Shown here: in pieces, positions 13,650 through 25,479 of the stretch
Layout: every line of letters begins with the position of its first letter
How positions within the stretch are numbered: the first letter of the stretch is position 1
Assembly: GCA_047495785.1 (NCBI GenBank)
Contig: JBLDXI010000019.1
Span: 3,286,001 to 3,350,000, forward strand
Direction of reading: 5' to 3'
Origin: Lepidodermella squamata
Taxonomy: Eukaryota; Animalia; Gastrotricha
Length of the DNA: 64,000 nt
Notes under the pieces: model-generated
What the model was told of the DNA's origin: nothing
Seen by the model: the letters and a program-made list of their open reading frames with translations, nothing else
Databases searched by the model: none
Position numbers and translations under genes: made by a program

Positions 13650-16582
13650 CAGGGTGTTTCAGAACTTGCGCATCAGAATAACCTGCGGCAAATGGTTGCC
13701 TTGGTATCCAGAGTAAACGTGCGCGCGCTGTGCATACATTCCGCGCACATATGTTTATATTCTTGCACAGCATATTATAAAGCGCGGCTAGCGCAAACGG
13801 TTATGCGTGTAATGCGCACATGCTATGTAGTTGGCGTTATACGCCGAAACGGCGTACAAGCGGTATGCGCGCATTATAAAATGCGCAAATCGAACGCGTA
13901 TATACCGTAACGCTGCTGCAGTAATGGGGATACCGCTAAGAAATAAGACTTGCTCTTGCAAAATATCTGGAAATTTGCCGATTTCCCAATGAAGAATTCT
14001 CCAATAGGACAGATCCTTAATGCGGCTATGAATACATTTCGAGTTTTAAGTACAAATATAATAAAATTTATTCCAGATGATGTGATTTTTACGTCGTTGC
14101 TGTTGTTTCATTCCATGAATTTGATTTCACGTTCATTCACTCTTGAAAAAGCAGTAAAAATTGAGAAGAACTGAAAAAGGTAAAATGTTGCAACACTCTG
14201 ATTGAGTTTAAAACTTTCTGCGAGCTAACATTTGTGAGCAAAAACTTGGTCGCTTCCACAGGAAAACGTCGTTTACCTTTTGCATAAGAATAAACGAAAA
14301 AACATTGACGTTACCTTAAACAGCCTCTCTACGACGAATTTTGCGACACTTGATATGCGATTCCATGCAAAACCCGTGGGTAGACGTTTTGCGCGACCCG
14401 CCAGCCAGGTAGAACAGCTCTTGGGCTTTCTAGCGATATCAAGAAATCAAAAATTCATCCACGGGTTCTCGAACGGGAGGGAGGTAAGGATGACCCGTTT
14501 GCGGCTCAAAACGGCCCAACTACGACGATTTTTGTGACATTTGACCCGCGTCTCCTTGCGAATCCTGTGGATAGACTTTTTGCGCGACCCGTCAGCCTTG
14601 TAGACCTGCTCTTCAGCTATCTAACGATGTCAAGAAATCAAAAATTCATCCACGGGTTCTCGAACGGGAGGGAGGTAAGGATGACCCGTTTGCGGCTCAA
14701 AACGGCCCAACTACGACGATTTTTGTGACATTTGACCCGCGTCTCCTTGCGAATCCTGTGGATAGACGTTTTGCGCGACCCGCCAGCCTTGTAGACCTGC
14801 TCTTCAGCTATCTAACGATGTCAAGAAATCAAAAATTCATCCACGGGTTCTCGAACGGGAGGGAGGTAAGGATGACCCGTTTGCGGCTCAAAACGGCCCA
14901 ACTACGACGATTTTTGTGACATTTGACCCGCGTCTCCTTGCGAATCCTGTGGATAGACGTTTTGCGCGACCCGCCAGCCTTGTAGACCTGCTCTTCAGCT
15001 ATCTAACGATGTCAAGAAATCAAAAATTCATCCACGGGTTCTCGAACGGGAGGGAGGTAAGGATGACCCGTTTGCGGCTCAAAACGGCCCAACTACGACG
15101 ATTTTTGTGACATTTGACCCGCGTCTCCTTGCGAAGCCTGTGGATAGACTTTTTGCGCGACCCGTCAGCCTTGTAGACCTGCTCTTCAGCTATCTAACGA
15201 TGTCAAGAAATCAAAAATTCATCCACGGGTTCTCGAACGGGAGGGAGGTAAGGATGACCCGTTTGCGGCTCAAAACGGCCCAACTACGACGATTTTTGTG
15301 ACATTTGACCCGCGTCTCCTTGCGAATCCTGTGGATAGACGTTTTGCGCGACCCGCCAGCCTTGTAGACCTGCTCTTCAGCTATCTAACGATGTCAAGAA
15401 ATCAAAAATTCATCCACGGGTTCTCGAACGGGAGGGAGGTAAGGATGACCCGTTTGCGGCTCAAAACGGCCCAACTACGACGATTTTTGTGACATTTGAC
15501 CCGCGTCTCCTTGCGAACCATGTGGATAGACTTTTGGCGCGACCAACCAGCCTTGTAGACCGGGTACTTAGCTATCTAGCGATACCAAGAAATCGAAAAT
15601 TCATCCACGGGTTCTCGAACTGGAGGGTCGCAAAGATGACCCGTTTGCGGCCGAAAACGGCCCAACTACGACGATTTTCGTGACATTTGACATGCGATTC
15701 CTTGCGAACCCTGTGGATAGAATTTCAGCGCGACCAAACAGCCATGTAGAGGACATCTTTGGCTTTCTTGTGATATGAAAAAATGCAATTGTCACCCTCG
15801 GTCTTTCGGAGATGCAGTAGCTTAAAGTCTGGAAAACATCAATTTTTCACTTTCTCTTGGGTTTTCGGGAGATCATGAAAATTCTAGCCATGAGTATTTT
15901 GGTCTTTACCGTACATCATTTTCTCCTAATGTTCTTGGTTGTTATTTTGTGACAATTTTGATTAGTTATCCACGAAATGGAATCGCTGCGTTTATTCGAC
16001 GTAATGAACTGGAAATCTTGATTTTCGTTCTTTACTCGATGTAGAACTCAAGCCAGTGGTTCAAACTACGTCATTTTTTCTAAACTTGTGCAGTCGGAGT
16101 CTTGTATTCACGCAACGTGAAAATAATAATGATGCAAAGGCAGGAAACTAATCAATCATCAATTTTTCGACGAATTTAAAATCAAGTAAAATCAGAATTT
16201 TCTCAGAAATCATCAGTTTCTGAAATATCTAGCCACGGAAATTGAGAAATTGTTTCGAAACCTCTTGCTTCAGAGTCCAATCAATCAGCATGTTTCAGAA
16301 AACCATGACATCATCCTCGAAATAAAAAAGATATTTAATGAAACTCAGTTCAAATTTATCGAGGCTCGAACGTTCCCGCCAGAAAATAGCTCGGCAGTGC
16401 TATTATGTATGCTGTACATTTGTGTTTTACGCATATTTTATATGCTTATTACAGTAGTGCGTAGTACTTTTATAGGTAAAGTAGTATACGCGTATAACTC
16501 TATAGGCGCATAACAATGCATAACAATGCGCGCGCATTTGCCGCATGCGATTCGTATAGTGCGCGAGTTCTGAAACACCCTG
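13650..16582. mobile_element. Non-autonomous Tc1/mariner-type TIR element with internal satellite
   Basis: 23-bp TIR CAGGGTGTTTCAGAACT(T/C)GCGCA. TA duplicated at 13648-49 and 16583-84. Empty site (single TA at 49142-43) visible in duplication copy B. No transposase ORF seen. Confidence 0.92.
14330..15790 (+). repeat. 191-bp tandem repeat, ~7.5 copies
   Basis: Unit recurs at 14534, 14725, 14916, 15107, 15298, 15489, 15680. Central copies are near-identical and edge copies diverged. Confidence 0.95.
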
Positions 16583-16893
16583 TACAAAATCCTTAAAAAT
16601 GCACAAATGTTTTTTTTATTTTGAGAAAAGCCTTACAAAACAATTTAGGTAAAGCCAAAATTTTTCAATCATGTAAGACTAGTCATGGGAAAATTGAAGT
16701 CGTGTGATCATTTGAGCGTTCTAATTGTTTTTCTCCGATCAAATCGCATGTAATTTTTTTCAAATGATCACACGATGATCTACAAAAGGTATTTTCGATG
16801 TTGTCTTTCTAATACAAGTATCAAACCGATCTGTGGTTGCGATTTCCTAAACGGTAAAAGCATTGAGAACCAAGCTCCCAAAATTATCAAGAT

Positions 16894-16985
16894 TCATCGG
16901 CTTCCTGAAGCGTGCTGTTGCAGGCTCGGAATGACGACTGACAGGGAGGCCAAAAGTGAAACAACCAAACAGGAGTAACCGAGCG
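16894..16985 (-). pseudogene. 3'-terminal remnant of a GABA-B-like class C GPCR, truncated at the YR element
   Basis: Near-identical to 49447-49538. Homology stops at 16985, 5 bp from the left TIR of the YR element. Confidence 0.85.
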
Positions 16986-17010
16986 AAATATTCTATATAT
17001 TCCAGCACTG

Positions 17011-17170
17011 GTGCTGGGTAGTGCTGGGTAGTGCTGGATAGTGCTGGGTAGTGCTGGACAGAGTGTGCTGGACAAATAAAGCTCCATCCAGCACCGATCT
17101 GACATTTATATTCAGCACCATGTGGAGAAAATATCTTTTCATCCAGCACGCGTCCAGCTCCCCTCCAGCA
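17011..17170 (+). repeat. Left subterminal GTGCTGG array (10-bp period), followed by inverted CCAGC(AC) copies
   Basis: GTGCTGG at 17011, 17021, 17031, 17041, 17051 and ~17066. Inverted copies at ~17088-17170. Confidence 0.9.
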
Positions 17171-17591
17171 AATTTGTGGTTTAGCAGCGATGATTAGAGA
17201 TGGAGCTTCTTTGTGTGCTCGCGCGCTCGCCAATGTCATTTCGCTGCCGCAATATTGGACTCACAAGAAATTAAAAAAATTCGAGATTTTAATCTTTTTT
17301 ATAATTTATTCTGAAAATTCAAATTTATATAATTCGCGCTAAATTTTCACCCCGATCTTTGCCGGGCTATCTTGCTCGCGGCCCTCTTGCACTATCTCGC
17401 ACCATGAAGTTGAAATGAAGTTCATGACTCCTGAATTCTGAGGTTTTCTGCCATGTTTACTGAAACTATTTGAGCTTTTATATTCCCCTGTCAGTTATTT
17501 GCATCTCAGCATGAAGATTAATAACTATGTTTAATGAAAGTATCCATTACTAGGTGTTTAGCATTCGAAGCATAGCTCATCGCGTATCAGA

Positions 17592-18674
17592 ATGTTTGCT
17601 ATCGTTAAAAATGATGTGAACAGTGAATCCTGATATTTCCAATTCCCGGATCAAGCTGACAAATTGACTTACAAATCCTTTCAGAGCGCGTTACAAGCCT
17701 TTCTTCATATTTCCGCCCCGATTGAAATTTTTCAAAAGATATTTGATCTCGAAGTAAAAATTGCATGCGACTCAGACGTAAAGACGATGTTCCTAATGCA
17801 GCAATCGTTGCCCAATCGGTCTTTTGTTCTTGAAGTCAAATGCATCTCGACGAGTTCTTTGAAAAGGAAACGCGAGGGTGATGGGATCGAAACTAAACCC
17901 GGGCCAACGAAGAAGCCCAAAAATGTTTTGCTGCATTTCTCGGATGAAGAAGGCGTTAGTCAATCTAGCGAGTCGGAAGTGTAAGCTGAAATTGTCAAAT
18001 TCCGAGTCTTGGCAATTTTTTATCTCTTTCGTAGGGAAGAGGCTCCATCGCCTATGGAAATACCACCAGGTCCTCTGGAAAGAATTCGCCTTAGAGCACG
18101 AAGATCCTCTGAGCTTAAAGAAAATACTTCGAGTGGTTTTGCTAAAAAATAGTAAGTCCTAACTTGAATGCTGTATTTGAGATCATATAAGAATGTATGG
18201 TTGCAGCCAGTCCTCCCTTACTTCAAAGTATCCTGTGCTCAACGACATAACAAACTTCAGCGCTCAAGAACAATATTTTCCCACTTATGCTGGCCTTTCC
18301 AGTGCCCCGTGTCGTGCTCCAGTTTCAAAAGATGGATATGAGCTGCTCAGTCAATCCTGCAGATTGGATCCCATCCAGTGAGTAGCGTTATTTTTCGTTT
18401 TGTTCAAAAGTTAAGTGTTTCGCCTAGGATGATTGTGGCTGCATCAAAGGCTTCCCGTAACCGAAAATGCCGCAAAGGTACTGAATACAGCCCTGAAGAG
18501 TTGAGTGCACTTCAAATGATCTCATGGTACCTGTTCAAAAACAAACTGGCTTTATCCGTCACCAATATCGAAGATGCGATAATAAAAATTGGCATTGACA
18601 AGGAAGACGTTTTTGGAGACCGGACGACTGTTAACCTCATGGACAAAATCACGAAATTGGGCTCCCAGCGCTAA
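17592..18674 (+). pseudogene. Element gene A: PB1-like N-terminus, bipartite NLS, C-terminal telobox-like Myb/SANT domain; 4 exons, one premature stop
   Basis: GT-AG introns 17981-18034, 18152-18206 and 18378-18427 join four ORF pieces in phase. Single TGA at 17631. C-terminus YSPEELSAL...VFGDRTTVNLMDKITKL resembles telobox Myb F..RT.VNLKDKWRN. AATAAA near 18816. Confidence 0.65.
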
Positions 18675-19998
18675 CTGAATGCATCGTGAAAACTAATCAG
18701 AGTAACTTATTGACGAACGGCTTCTTCAATCATAGGCTTTCTAATGCGACTTGTTATTTTTCTATTTCTGCATTTCTTCATTCTTTAAAATTTGTTGAAT
18801 CATTTTTTCAGTGAAAATAAAGACATTAAACTTGCAGCCATTTTTAATTGGAGTTTGTTGTTCAATAGATGGAGACGCGCGTATTTATCGACATACCTAC
18901 TAATCATATTCAAGCCGTTGATTCATCTTTATTACTATTAGATGAAATCTGCAAACGAAGTGGCATCGAGACAGCCCAAGTGATCGGCTCTCAAGTTCTT
19001 CTCATCGGCAGTCCTAGTAGCGTGAAGAATTGACGCCGAATTGACGCTGGGCATTAAGTTTTCTACTCTGGGACGATCTGACAATGTGGTGACCAAGGAG
19101 TTGATTGAATGCCCTTGTTCTGTCGACGATGATCTTCAAAATGAGATCGGCAAGCTTATCAGTGGTTCCAACATGACTTTCACTGTTTCTAAGCGCGGCA
19201 TCGAACTTTGCGGTCCGCGTATGGCTCTGAGGGATGTCAGGGAAAGCGTGAGTTTTCTTGTTGAGAATTGGGTTCGAGACTTGCAGCCGGTTATGCGTCT
19301 ACCACCGACTCCTGTGGAGAAGCCCGGGCCTGTGAAGCCGCGCAACAAACTAGGTCGATTTATTTCCAGCAGTGAGACTAGAGCTGAGAAAAAACGCTAT
19401 CATTACGTGTGCGACTTTTGCAATAAAGAGAGAAGCAGCCGTGATTTTCGCGCTCACGTCGTGAACCATTGTAAGGTTGCTCGAATCAAACTTCCAAATC
19501 TGGAAGACAGAATTGCTAATGTTCGCCTAAAAGCGGAAAGCCGCGACACTGTCGAATCGAAGGTTGTCGTCCCTATTCCATATTTTATATTTGATTTAAG
19601 ATTCTGATTATTGCAGGCTGATCTGGAACATCATTACGGCGCTAGAAAAAATTGCGATTGCTGCCGATTTGACCACGATTCATGAACTAATCGACAAGAA
19701 CCAAATGGAGCGTATCATGCAAACGATTGACGGATTTAAAGTTACCGAAAGCACTCGCTACCGATTTGTTCTCTCTATTGTCGAATTTCTGCGTTACTGC
19801 TCAACCGAAGAATTCAGCGAGAGCGAGTATCCGATGATCGCAAAAGCTATAGCACGTTGGGAACAAGCCCGTTCTAGTGTTCAGGAAGGCCTCGTAAAAG
19901 AGCGTGTCGTCAAGAAGAAAAAAGACCTTGATTCATATGAGCGCGGCGAGTTCCCCAGCGTTGCTGAAGTGGTCGCTTTCCCTGAATTTCTCCTCGAT

Positions 19999-20000
<2 letters not shown>

Positions 20001-20031
<31 letters not shown>

Positions 20032-23000
20032 TTTTTATTTTTCCTCTTCGGGACTGAGCGTCGTGTACCGTTTCCGGTTTTGAAGAGGGCGAAGGCAGGC
20101 GAAGAATGATCCTCACCCACCCCCACAGTCGAGGATTCTGCTTTTTGTATAGAATTCGTAATTTTCAATCGAGTTTACAACCATGCACCATCCATCTTTT
20201 TCGAAAGTGACCGATTCCGCTAGTTGGATATCGGGAATAATTTGTATCTCAAAATCCTTTTCGCCGGCATTTTTATTATTTTCTCGTTTCTTAGTGGTTT
20301 TATTTTTCTTATATTTAACCTTATTTTTATCATTGGTTTTCTTTTTCCGGCGAATTTCCTTAGTAAGTCCTATTTTTATTAGGCTTCTATGCATCCATCC
20401 GTTGATCCATCTGGTTCGAGGTCTCCCTCTGGGTGCAAACCACCCAAGCGGAGGCGTCCAAATATTATATATTTTGTGTATTAGTCCTTCTGCGTCATAG
20501 TCACTTGACCTAATTATGTGACCTAGATATCTTAGCCTTTGTTTTTCAACTATGCGGCTCACTTCAATGAGACCTCCGCATAACGCAAGTCGAATGTCTA
20601 TATTAGGAATATAGTGCATCAGGTGGACGCCTACTATTGATCGGAGCCAACGATATTCTATAGTATTTAATCTATTTTCTTGGGCTACCGATATGTTCCA
20701 CGATTCGCAGGCGTAAATGATAATGGTAATATAACACATGTCGGCACTTTAAGTTTTGTAGCTATGGAAACCTGATTTTTGTTGCACATGAATTTATTCA
20801 TGGCGCGGAAAACACTACCTGCCTTAGAAATTCTGTAGTTGAGTTCCTCATCGATTTTGCCGTCACTAGTAATAATACTACCTAAATATTTAAAGATGAA
20901 AAAGGTCTAATAAATAAAATTTATACCTGGATGCCCCCGTTCGGGTGGTTTGCACCCAGAGGAAGACCCCGGGCCAGGTGGATCAACAGAGTGCATAGGA
21001 GTTTGATTAAAGTAGGACTCACTAAGGAAATACGCCGGAAAAAGAAATCTAACACTACGAAAGGCAAAAAGAATAAGGGTACTAAGAAAAAAGGTGATAA
21101 GAAAAAACCCGGCGAAAATAAATTTGAAACCAAAATTATTCCTGATTTACAATTAGCTGAACTCGCATCCTTTGAAAAAGATGAATGGCGCATGATTGTT
21201 AACTCAATTGATAATTATGAATTTTTCGGAAAAAGCAGAATCTTCAACTGTGGGGGTGGGTAAGGATCAATTTTCAATCTTTGCCTGCCTCCGCCCTCTT
21301 CAAAACCGGAAACGGTATAATGACGTGCAGTCTAGGAGAGGCTAAATAAAACTATTATTATTATTATTATTATAAATATTTAAATTTGGTCACTTTTTCT
21401 AGCTTTTCCCCGTTCAATTCCAATTCGTAGTTTTGAGCCGCTGACTCGTCTCTAGAAATGATCATGTATTGAGTTTTCGCCGCGTTGATTTTCAGATCCA
21501 ATTCGGTGCAAGCTAAATTGAAAATGTGAAGTAGTCGTGAAATTTCGTCGTGGTTCATGCCTAAAAGTGTTCCGTCGTCAGCAAACGCTAGTAAATTTAG
21601 GAAATCAGTCTCGCTCATACCGGTCTCACTGTTTGCTGTCTCGCTAATAGGAAAGCCTAATTTTTCAGCAGATATTTTTTCGCAAATTTTGTTGAAGGTC
21701 GCTATGAATAGCAAAGGAGACAACGGGCAACCCTGTCTTAGTCCCCTGGTAACATAGAAGAAATCTGAGAGTTCAGAATCGACTCTAGCAGCAACTTTAT
21801 TTACTTTATTTAACTTTGAATAGCTTCAATTAAGCTGGGTTCTACACCCATATTTTGAAGGGCGGCCCATACTTTTTCCCTGTCCACCAGATCATAGGCT
21901 TTTTCGAGATCGATGAAGACTAGGTGGAGTTCCTTCTTAAAGAATATAATTTTCTCAATAATTTGTCGGAGAACGTAAATGCAGTCTCTGGTGCCCTTGA
22001 GGGGTTGAAAACCAAATTGCAGTTTAGAAATTTTTGACCCAATTAATGCTCTCAATTTTCGTTCGAGAATAATGGCATGGAGTTCTCCTACAACACTTAA
22101 GAGGCTGATGCCTCTGTAATTTTGGCATTTTGATTTCTCACCTTTATTTTTATAAATTGGGGTAATTATAGCCGTTGACCATTCTTCTGGGACCCTCTTA
22201 TCTACCCAAACTCGATTCAAAATTTCCCTGAGCCATTCAATACTGGCCTCGCTCAGAGCTTTGATCATTTCGGGTCTTACTTCATCTATACCCGGGGCAT
22301 TACCGTTTTTCATGTGGTCGATGGCATTTTTAATTTCGGTGAGAGTAATTTCAGTTAAATTTGGATTTTTATCTAATAGAATTTCATCTTCGGGGTTATT
22401 GGGTTCCTTTTCAAGTCCTTGTAAATACGTTTTCATTACTTCTAATATTTCGTCAATTCCGCTGGTAAGTGAGCCGTCTTCTTTTTCAAGAGGATTGGGT
22501 TCGCTTTTCTCTCTAGTCTCTCCCCTCAATTTTCAAATTTCCAGCCAGAATTTGTTGATATTATCATAATCAGTCGGATTTTCAAGTAATTTGTCCAATT
22601 CAGAAAATTCAGTTTGATCCTTAATAATGTTCAAATGTTCAAGGGCCTGATTTTTCTCATTTCTAGCTATTGTATAATTCTCTCGGTCTATGCGGCCCTT
22701 GGTGTAGTTTTTAAAATGTTCTTTACCTTTTTGGATGATTTTGTTGGCTAATGGTGTCCACCAGAGCGGTTTTTCGCTAATTTTGCCTACTTTTCGTTCA
22801 CCGCAGGAGGATATCTGGCAGCATCCAGTAGGTTAGATTTAGTGTTCACCCACTTCTCTTCTATTGAGACAGGGTTTTCGCTTTCGTTTGCGATGTTGCT
22901 AGCTAAAATTTCATTAAACTTGGAACTGTGTTCCTCATTCCTAAGCAAATGATGTTTAATTGTTTCTTAATTTCAACCTTTTTCTGTTGAAAATTTGGGC

Positions 23001-23350
23001 ACTTAATAACACCACGAACCAGCCTATGATCTGATTCGAGTATGGGTTCTTCCTGAACGTCGCAAACATCAAATTTATCTTTTTCGCTTTTATCGACCAA
23101 GATGTAGTCTAAGAAGGATCTACGAAGGGTTTTTGCCATGTATAGGTTGCCCCTTTGCCCCTGAAGGGTTGCCCCTTTGCCATGTATAGCCAGTGTCGGG
23201 GAAACATGTGTTTATGAAACATAGATTGTTGCTGTTTGCAAATTCAATCCATAAATCTCCTTTATCATTTCTAATGTTATCACCATAAGGGCCTACAGTT
23301 TTTGATTTTTGTGCACTCATAATCCGGCCGTACAAATCTCCCATTTGTTA
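20001..23350 (-). mobile_element. 5'-truncated, decayed RTE-like LINE (APE endonuclease + reverse transcriptase)
   Basis: APE motifs (MGDL, LDYILV, SDHRLV) and RT motifs (NYRGISLL, QFGF, FIDLEKAYD, RQGCPLSP, FADD, FKYLGS, RYLGH, PRGRP). (ATT)n tail at 20001-20030. 7-bp TSD TCGATTT at 19994-20000 and 23351-23357. Frameshifts present. Confidence 0.92.
20895..21372 (+). mobile_element. Nested 5'-truncated copy of a related LINE, inserted in opposite orientation
   Basis: Encodes the same C-terminus (PPFGWFAPRGRPRARW...IFNCGGG) with a (TAT)n tail. 12-bp TSD TAAATATTTAAA at 20883-20894 and 21373-21384 splits the host FKYLGS motif. Confidence 0.9.
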
Positions 23351-24707
23351 TCGATTTGTTCAATTCAAAGCTATCTGATTGCGAAATTCTACCAAGCCGT
23401 ACGTTGTATGAATTGTTTATCGCCATGACTGCTGCAGCACTTGTTAAGTCGACGATAATTCGCCCAAGCTCATTTTGGAAAATGACCCTCAAAGAATTTT
23501 CTGGTGCTGTACAAAGAGAGCTGAATGGGGGTGAAATTTTATATATTGTCCGTGTTTTCGGCAAGTTTCATAGATTTTGCATGCCAACTGTGAGCTTATT
23601 TTCGATTCTCAAGACTGCAAGGACACCAATTCGAATGCTGGATTTGTTATTTTCCCAGCCCTCATTCACGATAATACCAAGAAGTACATCAGACATTGGA
23701 GAAACAGGATTGCGAGTAAGAAAGTTCCTGAATTGTTTGTTGATCACCTCGGCCGACCTTGGTCAAGCGACAAACTCGACAAAATGGTCAGCGGACTTTG
23801 GAATAAATGGCGTTCCGATTCCGAGTTGCCTCAAAAGAAATTTGGGTTTACCCTCATTCGAAAAAGTGCGCACACCGAACACGCCACCGCTTCTGGATAC
23901 GGCGACAACAACTTCGCACAAGGAGCAGGTCATACGTAAGACTTAGTGAGAAAAGCGCTGGAATAGGGAATCGAAATTTATTTTTGCTCCTAGGCGCTCC
24001 ACAGCTATCAGGCACTATGAGCTTATGACTTATGACGGGGTCAGATGACGGGGTAAGATGACGTCCCTTCACCGGAAAGCCCAATCATCAAGGTCTGTGA
24101 AAATTTTGAATTTGGAATAATCATTGGATGATTCGTAACTATTAACTATTTAATTTATAGGTCTCCGATTGTCACTCCCAAAACAAAAGTGCTGCAAAAA
24201 TTTCGACTGAGTCATCCGTATTTTTGTCGCGTTTCTCGATTCAATTTGCCAACATTTTTCTTTAATTAGGTTGACACCGGTAATTCGATTGGTGAAATCA
24301 GACTTCGACCTGACCAAAAACCCGAGAAAAAAGGCTGCAGAAATCTCAAACAATGAGTATGCAATTGCGCACCATTTTTTTACCAACAATGACCGATTAT
24401 ACATGTTTTCACAGGCCCCGTGAAACTCTGAAACGCCGGCGTAAATAACTGGATATGAAAAATGGAACACATTTGAGCTAATTTATTTGAATGATGTTTG
24501 CTTGATGTTTAAATTTGAAATTTCATTGATTGCTTTAGGTTGGATTTGATTTTTTCACGCTCTGAACTGGATTTGAAAAATCATCTAGAACGATGATTTA
24601 TCGGGTTTCATTTCAACAGGTTAATTCAATTTCAATTCGATTTTCAATTCAGATGATGCAACAATTTGGATTCTGAAAATGCATTCAATCTTAATTCTTT
24701 CGCATGA

Positions 24708-25335
24708 ACCAGAAATCGGACACTTTTCGAGTCACCGGAGTCATTCGCTGAAATGTATACCGCACTCATGAGAGAGTTTCGCATTATAAAAGCCAATATT
24801 TTCTTCAAGTTTCGCAATTTGAAAATCAGCCTGAAGAGCGATTGTGACATGAAATCTATGATTCTCGTTCATTCGCGTTTCGAACATGAGTCATCCCCGT
24901 TGATATTATGGGCTGATGTTACATTACTTCCAGGTAGTAACTTACGAAACTTGCGAAAAGTAACTTTTGCTATCGATATCATTTTTCAGAAGCCAAAAAT
25001 CTGAACGAAGTAATCGACTCCGGTTCTAAGGACTCAGAAGCGTCCCAGCCTGTGTCGTTGAAGCGGCAAGCCGTCAGTGTCAGTGAACAAACCAGCAATA
25101 CGAAGCGCTTGAAATTTGGGTAAATTTTCTCCAATAATAAATGTCCCTTAATGCTTGATGTTTCTTCAGATCCACATCGGTTTGCGACTCGTCGAATGAA
25201 ACAAGGAAAAGCTGTCTGGATAAAAAGCTCATTCAAGAGTTGGAACTTTTCGAAAAATACCCTGATAAACCATCTGAAAATCAAAGCTGTAAAAAAAGTA
25301 AAAATGATACAACGTTAGCAATTTTCAAAGAATAA
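24708..25335 (+). CDS. Element gene C: spliced paralog of gene A (PB1-like domain + bipartite NLS); start unresolved, possibly decayed
   Basis: EMYTALMREFRIIKANIFFKFRNLKISLKSDCDMKSMIL aligns by eye with gene A SFQSALQAFLHISAPIEIFQKIFDLEVKIACDSDVKTMFL. Introns 24934-24989 and ~25120-25170 keep the frame through SLKR..KRLK to TAA at 25333-25335. Confidence 0.5.
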
Positions 25336-25479
25336 AATGTGTGTGAGACGAATTTATTTCTGAAATAAACATGAGAATGCTGGTGAATTTCAAGCTGACT
25401 TTTTGGCTAGTTTTATTCGCTTCCTGTGAAACGAGGCGGAATTCCATATGCATTTGAAACATAACTCTCAGGTTAATGG

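Larger units (their letters stand above)
12847..16985 (+). repeat. Segmental duplication copy A (direct repeat of 48323-49538), interrupted by the 13650-16582 element
   Basis: Colinear, high-identity match to 48323-49538 by direct reading: 5' end of the GPCR, intergenic DNA, 3' end of the class C GPCR. Confidence 0.9.
18869..24048 (+). pseudogene. Element gene B: spliced tyrosine recombinase with N-terminal C2HC zinc finger, disrupted by LINE insertion and frameshifts
   Basis: Removing 20001-23357 rejoins FPEFLLD-LFNSKL in frame. Then IIRPSSFWKMTLKEF (catalytic R), IVRVF/DCKDT (K; GC-AG intron 23561-23613), LFVDHLGRP, FTLIRKS (second R), AGHT/RSTAIRHY (H and Y; intron 23936-23993). Zinc finger CDFC-x12-HVVNHC upstream. 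The 5' exon structure is not fully resolved. Confidence 0.8.

Noticed and set aside
14280-15683. Repeated 64-aa ORFs (MTFDPRLLANPVD...)
   Set aside because: By-products of the 191-bp satellite (unit length not a multiple of 3, GTG starts); no protein features.
14330-15790. CRISPR-like array
   Set aside because: Head-to-tail units with no unique spacers, no cas genes, and a eukaryotic context.
19881-20168. Poly-Ile/poly-Leu ORFs as membrane proteins
   Set aside because: They translate the (ATT)n tail of the LINE.
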